In this document: in pieces, positions 56,563 to 64,000 of the stretch
How positions within the stretch are numbered: position 1 is the first letter of the stretch
How the letters are laid out: each line of letters opens with the position of its first letter
NCBI GenBank assembly: GCA_951406725.2
Contig: OX597819.1
Span: 128,092,001-128,156,000 of the forward strand
Direction of reading: 5' to 3'
From: Octopus vulgaris
Taxonomy: Eukaryota
Length of the DNA: 64,000 nt
Notes under the pieces: model-generated
The model's input: only the letters and a program-made list of their open reading frames with translations
What the model was told of the DNA's origin: nothing
Database searches by the model: none
Program-made: the position numbers and the translations under genes

Positions 56563-57702
56563 TGCAGCTTACAGTATATTGAGGTATTATCGTTATGAAT
56601 GTATGACGTCTTTTAGAATGCAGCTTTGCTCAGAGCTACGGGTATAATGCATTTAAAAGATTAAAAACTCATGTTTATTAAGAAAAAAAAAAGCAGAACA
56701 ATGTATCTACATAAAAAAATATTAGAAAGCATTCATATTTCTAGAAGAGAACACAAGACTTTGATTTCGTGACAAAATCAAAATATTAATATTTAAGAGA
56801 ATTTCATTTTCATTAGTGTTATTATAACAAGATCTTTATCTACAGAATAATATCTGCTTAATCTATGTTTGGTTTTATATTGAAATAAAATATGACTAAT
56901 AGAGCAGTAATAGTTGTTTTTCAAAATAGATTAGTTTCAGGAAACGGATGAAATTTCAGGAAATAATTTTGGTTAAGAGATGGGGACAGCCATTCCTGTG
57001 TGGTTAGGAAGTTCATTTCATAAAGCTTCATAGATGAGAAAAGTATGCTGCCCCTTGGGGTAGCATTCTGATTTTTGAAAATTATAATAAGCATAAGTAC
57101 CATTAAATTTATTGGAACACACATTCTGCATATCTGTCTGTCTCTCTGTCTCTCTCTGTCTCTCTCATTCTCTCTCTCACTCTCTCACACACACACACAT
57201 ACTTATAATTTCACACACGTCTACATATGTGCGTATACATGTGTATGTATTTGTCTGTGTGTGTGTTTGTATGTTTGTGTGCGCGTGTTTTCTCTAACAT
57301 GTATTCGTTTTTCTTGTAGACGAGGAGCAGGTACAAATCGCTCTTTTTCATAAAACTACTGCAAAATATAAGACACAAGCATCAAATAGGATAGTACGTA
57401 GCACGTATTATCTATCTGTTCAATATCGCCAAGAATGCATAATAAGATCCGAAGCTATAGTGAAATAAAAAGACATGGCGAGCCGCAGTTTGCTGGAGCC
57501 CAGAAATACATGACAGCAAATAGAACAGATGCAGCACACGGAAATGCCTGTGAATGCCTACACCATGTATATGGGATAATACATATTTGCTCATTGTGTC
57601 TCATATGTACCATTTCAGTGTGCATCCCCACTATCCAAACGTTAAGATACACCCGTAAAAATATACACGAACACAGGCATACATGAACACACACACACAC
57701 AC

Positions 57703-57750
<48 letters not shown>

Positions 57751-57754
<4 letters not shown>

Positions 57755-58065
57755 AATTGAGGGTAAAATTAATTAATTATTAATCAATATCACCAAGTGT
57801 TCAGTATGCAAAGGGACCATTTAAGGCGAATTCAAATTATTACATTATATAAAAGGGCTTAGTAAAATAAATTACTTTGCCGCATACTTAGCATTTGATT
57901 TTTTAATGTCCTTACCCCCAAACTTTTGTGAGTTGAATTAAGCAAACGCTATATATGAGAGAGATTTTCTTTAAGTATTAGAAATAGCTTTAAAAAAGTT
58001 TTTTGGCTGCTATTTCTAATGAGTTCAGTATGCGGCAAAGTAATTTATTTTACTAAGCCCTTTTA

Positions 58066-58071
<6 letters not shown>
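57751..58071. mobile_element. Fold-back element, class II, between (TA)n tracts
   Basis: 45-bp arms 57844-57888 / 58027-58071; minus strand reads GAAATAGCAGCCAAA near 58003-58017. Confidence 0.72.
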
Positions 58072-58139
<68 letters not shown>

Positions 58140-58214
58140 CATAAATATACATGCGTATATACTGCTTGAATAGTTTTAAAACCGCTCCTTATGATCAATT
58201 AAGCTAATCTGAAT

Positions 58215-58622
58215 TCGGTTCTGCAAACTCACCGTCTTGGACAGAGCCAACTCTACAAACACTGACGTCAAGATGCTAAAGGATCATTTTGAAAGGACCA
58301 AGTATGTGATCCACACTGAAAAATTTACGGAGAACTGGAAATAGGCAGTGCCCAAAATCCAGCAAGGACAGGGCATAAAGGCAACCTCAAGTCCAACCTG
58401 TAGAGAGCTGAATGCCAAATCTACGATCTTGAGTGTACTACAGCTGACCACAGCAAGTGGCAAAATCTTTGTTCCAAGGTAGCAAACAACTGCCAAATCA
58501 ACTGGCATATGCAGCACCTTAAAACAAACCATGCGAACCTCTGAATTACGTCCGCTCCTATCCCAAGAAGCAGCGTTTCTTATCTTCACAAGATTCCACA
58601 TTCTGGTATCGAACTACCAGAC
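58215..58622 (+). pseudogene. Old RTE LINE 3' fragment
   Basis: Degenerate VLDRANST..YGELEIG..KGNLKSNL*..LECTTADHSKWQNLC resembles the RTE C-terminus. Confidence 0.65.
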
Positions 58623-59240
58623 TAGCTCTTCATGAAGAGATTATCTGAATCATACGTCAACCCTCGGTTCATAAAAATAGTTACATATGTTAGTTGTGTA
58701 TTTGGCAGGAAACTGGATATCAGCTAAATATTATCACCTGCTAGTATTGATGTTAAGAAAAAAGTATATATTTCAGCCGAAAGATGTTCTTATAGGTGGC
58801 CACATAACACCCTACGAATATCTCATTATATTTCCCTTCTACTGTTTTCGAAACCTGACTCTAGATTATTTCTTTTTACAAAATTATTAAATACATATAT
58901 AAATATAATATACATATATAAATATAATATAAATATAAATACATATATAAATATAAAAAAAGGATGTGTGTTTGTGTACGTGAATGTGCATCTATGTGTG
59001 TGGCACTGTGGGCCGATGCACATATTCATGACGTTGTGTATGTATAATCTGATATTCAAGCATATACATGTGTATATGTGTAAACGGAAAGAGAGGGAGG
59101 GAGAGAGAGACATAATTAATGAGTGTTTTATTTTAATAATATGGGTCGATAAACTGCACTGATTTGTTCTGTTTATACTACACATACTGGTGCACGCATA
59201 CATGCATATATATATATATATATATAATAATTTTATATAC

Positions 59241-59289
<49 letters not shown>

Positions 59290-59579
59290 TATACAAACAC
59301 TCATAAATATACGTATATACACCTATATGTGTTCGTGTGTGTGAGGATATATATACGCACACACATGCACACATACATATATACATATATAGCCATACGT
59401 ATGTACGTAAACATATGTGTATGGATATATATGACCTCATTATATATATATAGTAATAATTTCATATACACCTTACATATATAGATAAATATAGTACATA
59501 TATTATATATATATATATATACATTATACAAAGACTCATAAATATACGTAAATACACCTATATGTGTCCGTGTGTGTGA

Positions 59580-59618
<39 letters not shown>

Positions 59619-59649
59619 CATACATACTTACATACATACATACATACAT

Positions 59650-59692
<43 letters not shown>

Positions 59693-60855
59693 CGCACACA
59701 CATGCACACATATATGTACATATATACATATGTAACCATACGTTTGTAGGTATACGTATGTGTATGCATATATATATATGACCACATTTCCTGCGATGTT
59801 AATCATTATTTCCTACTGTGCACCAAACAGCATCATAGAGAACCATCATACACCCATAAAAAGGTCAACATGCGTAATGCTTGTGCACCGATTTAATTTT
59901 GCTTATCATGGATTCCGCTACTTCACCCGTTAGCGTCAGTAACGGCAGATTATGTCGGTCGAGAAATGTAGTTAATAAGTTCGTTTGTTACATATGTATT
60001 GCCAGTGTGACACCATGGCTAAGTATATTCGCCTTAGCCTTCGGATCAAAGAAATCATCCTGAATACAGAACATTGTCGGATCTGTTAATGTCTGAACAT
60101 CAGCTGAGGACGGCAGACTGGCTCGATCGTCAAATTACGTTACTTCATTTCGTTACGTTTCTTTGCTTTTCTCAGGTCAAAACCCGCCCAGGTTGAATAA
60201 TTTTGTTTATACTTTATACTCTTCCTGTGAGGATAAATTTGATACCAGACGAAGTAAACACTTGAAGCCACTTCCCCCAGGATTGATGCAAGTCAATGAG
60301 TAAAACCAACAAATGAGTTAAAAACTAAAACTATATAATTATTTACTTTATAAGTAATATGTATATATATAATGAAAAGAAAATATAGCACAGATGGACG
60401 ACCAAACAAAGAAACATGCGGAAAACAAAACAATAATCACACACACACACACAATAGACATGATCATTCCCTCATCAGATATCCACCAAATGTCATCTTC
60501 CGATAAAATTGTTCAATATTCGACATCTTCCGATAATAGTGTTCAATTTTACGATGTCTTCAACATAAGCTGCTTATAACAATGAAAGACATTCTGAGAT
60601 ATACTTATACATAGAATATCTTTCGACTGAGCGTCAAAAATAGGACGTGTGGTGCATCACATCTTGGGAATCGAATTTAATGCTGGCAATTCTCAAACCA
60701 AATACGAAATGCATTTCGTATCTGGTTTGAGGTTCTGTGATGTGAGATTCCAATTATAAAATAGGATTCCAATCATAAAAATATATTAAAAATGCCTTTT
60801 CGTATTGTAGTCTGTACGCAAGTACTCAAATATACATATACATGTGTGTGTGTAA

Positions 60856-61088
60856 GGCGGCGGCGAGCTGGCAGAAATGTTAGCACGCCGGGCGAAATGC
60901 TCAGCAGTATTTCGTCTGCCGTTACGTTTTGAGTTCAAAATCCGCCGAGGTCGACTTTGCCTTTCATCCTTTCGGGGTCGATAAATTAAGTACCATTTAC
61001 ATACTGGGGTCGATGTAATCGACTTAATCCGTTTGTCTGTCATTGTTTGTCTCCTCTGTGTTTAGCCCCTTGTGGGCAATAATGAAAT
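60856..61088 (+). mobile_element. SINE family A, full length
   Basis: Matches 3248-3474. Confidence 0.9.
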
Positions 61089-61091
61089 AAC

Positions 61092-61140
<49 letters not shown>

Positions 61141-61416
61141 TATATGTTTCAGTGTAAAGCAGAATGGTTGAGTTGTATGATACTTTGCTTACCTCCAAAA
61201 CTTATACTGGTTCACTTTGCCTTTCATCTTCTTGAAGTTGATGGAACTGCAACATCTCTAGACGAAATGAGGAATGAGTTCAACGTAATTGACTAGAATA
61301 TAGAAAATGTCCGACGTCAGAGCAGACAATGGGCTAAAGAGCTTGAAAATATTTATAAACAAAATATAAAGAGGTTGTAAACAAGGCTAGATGAAAATAT
61401 ATGCGATATACCTAAC

Positions 61417-61460
<44 letters not shown>

Positions 61461-61606
61461 CTCGCGTGTGTGTAAGAGTTTTAATACGTTTTTTTTTAAT
61501 CACAATGATTAAACTTACTAAAGTAACTATTGTTCTTTACTGCCTGTATAGCTAAGTATTTATTTGATTGAATATCTGTTTGTTTATCTATCTATCTATC
61601 TGTCTG

Positions 61607-61713
<107 letters not shown>

Positions 61714-61716
61714 GTC

Positions 61717-61758
<42 letters not shown>

Positions 61759-62487
61759 CCTACTTATCTATCTTCTTTCTTCTTTATCTCCCTCTCTCGC
61801 CATATATATGTATGTGTGTGTGTCTGCATATTTATAATGATATATATATATATATATATATATGCACATATATATTACACACATACACACACATATGTAT
61901 GTATATACATATATACATATATATACACACACATATATATATATATATATATACATATATATACATATATATGTATGCATATATATATTCATATGTATAT
62001 GTATACAAACATACATATGTATATATGTATATTATATAGATATATATACATATATATATATGTGTGTGTGTGCATATATATATGAGTGTGTGTGTGTGTG
62101 TGTGTGTGCATATATATATATATAGGTGTGTGTGTGTGTGTGTATGTATATATATGTGTGTGTGATATGTATCCATGTATGTATACACAGATAGGAAGAT
62201 GCACGCATACATAACTTATATTCTCCTGCATTACCTACACATCTAGCTGTCTGTCTGTCTGAGTCTGTCTCTCTCTCGCTCTCTCGCTCTCCCTCTCTCT
62301 CTTTCTCTCTCTCTGAACCTGTTTGTCATATTATGCAAATATACTGACATTTTCATAAAAATACATATCTATGTATGTGCATAAATACATATATATATAT
62401 ATATAATTATATATGGGCGTGTTTGTGTTACACACTCACACACAAACAAACATACACATATATATAAATACATATATAGATATATAC

Positions 62488-62597
<110 letters not shown>

Positions 62598-63040
62598 TAA
62601 TAATATAATAATAATATATATTATATATGTATGTATGTATGTATGTGTGTATGTCGAAAGTAAAGAGGGGAGGGGAAGTGAGAGTTCATGAAGACCGTCG
62701 GAAGTCGTGTACTGGAACCAAGCTCAGATAGCAATTGGTTTGATATGATTCCATATCATAAAAGTGATGCGCTCGCTGGCTGATACGTCACATTAGCGGC
62801 TAACATCTTAATTCATTGCAATAATTCTAACGGAACGAAAATCGTAAGAAATTAACGCATTTAGGTTTCGCCGAAAATTTCATTAGACAGCCATGTTAAA
62901 TCTAACGCGACCGTTCCATTACGTTGAGATAAAGAGCAAGAAAAGGCATGAAATAGTAAAGATATTTATGACTCGACTGGGTTGAAGAAACATCAGCGAT
63001 TATTTGTTATTCCAAATAATGATTTTTACATTAAAAATAG

Positions 63041-63094
<54 letters not shown>

Positions 63095-63132
63095 TATTTA
63101 TGTATATATATATAAGTATGTATGAATATATA

Positions 63133-63171
<39 letters not shown>

Positions 63172-63204
63172 GTATGTATATATATAAGTATGTATGAATA
63201 TATA

Positions 63205-63269
<65 letters not shown>

Positions 63270-63315
63270 ATATGTATGCTTATATAAATATATATATATA
63301 TACAAACACACAGAT

Positions 63316-63369
<54 letters not shown>

Positions 63370-64000
63370 CTTGCTGTTATATATACACATGTGTGCACAT
63401 GTGCAGGCCAGTCTAGTTATACATACCCTAACTGTCCAATAGACGAAGCAGCATTAAAATATACTGTTTATTCGGAAAAGTGGAAGGTCTGAGGGACAAT
63501 AGGCTGTTATATGTGAGTATAACGTGAATATATGTGCGAGACTATATTTGTGTGTGTGTGTGTGTGTGTGCGCGCACGCGTGTGTGTGTCTGTGTGTGTG
63601 TGTGTACGTATGTGCATTTTATACATAGCTGTGAGACCAACAAACCTGTTTTAGAGTCGCGGACATTTAAGAGATTGAAAAAAGACTATTTTGTTGCTCT
63701 CACTTTGAGACTTCCCATTTTTAGTTCGTTTCTTTGACCCCCTTCTTACGAATTGGTCAAAGTAAAGAATATGAAAGTGTTTAAATATGTATATATATTT
63801 CCACACACACACTCACACACACACAGACAGACATACTCACACGCACATTCACACATAGAAATTGTCCACGGTCCCGTTAAAGGTAAGAACAGCCAAAAAT
63901 TTATTCCTTCCGGTGAGAGATAAATGCCATTTAATATACCACAGTATTTATATAAGACCCACTAATAGTCTCATCCTGTGGAAACGCAATAATTTTGGAG

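Overview
AT-rich, microsatellite-saturated animal genomic DNA, intronic or intergenic. The tRNA-derived SINE families and repeat landscape suggest an octopod cephalopod (inference). No host protein-coding gene is supported; almost all ORFs in the track are translations of (TA)n, (CA)n, (TATG)n or (TATC)n. Real coding remnants are a 5'-truncated RTE LINE (~1.18-2.67 kb), a decayed DDE transposase (~12.1-14.3 kb, -), an uninterrupted 5'-truncated CR1/L2-group ORF2 (~51.5-53.5 kb, -) and two small LINE fragments. Also present: four SINE families, a TTAGGG-containing MITE with a 9-bp TSD, a non-autonomous RTE derivative with an HDV-like fold at its 5' end, and a tRNA-Val(AAC). The main finding is about 11 short non-coding fold-back (inverted-repeat) elements, mostly abutting microsatellites. 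One class carries minimal type I hammerhead ribozyme motifs of the Penelope-like-element kind, with three alternative 3-8 base pairs (C-G, G-C, U-A). A second class has no hammerhead and shares a multi-hairpin motif ending in GAAAUAGCAGYCAAA, a candidate undescribed structured RNA. All folds were read by eye and not computed.
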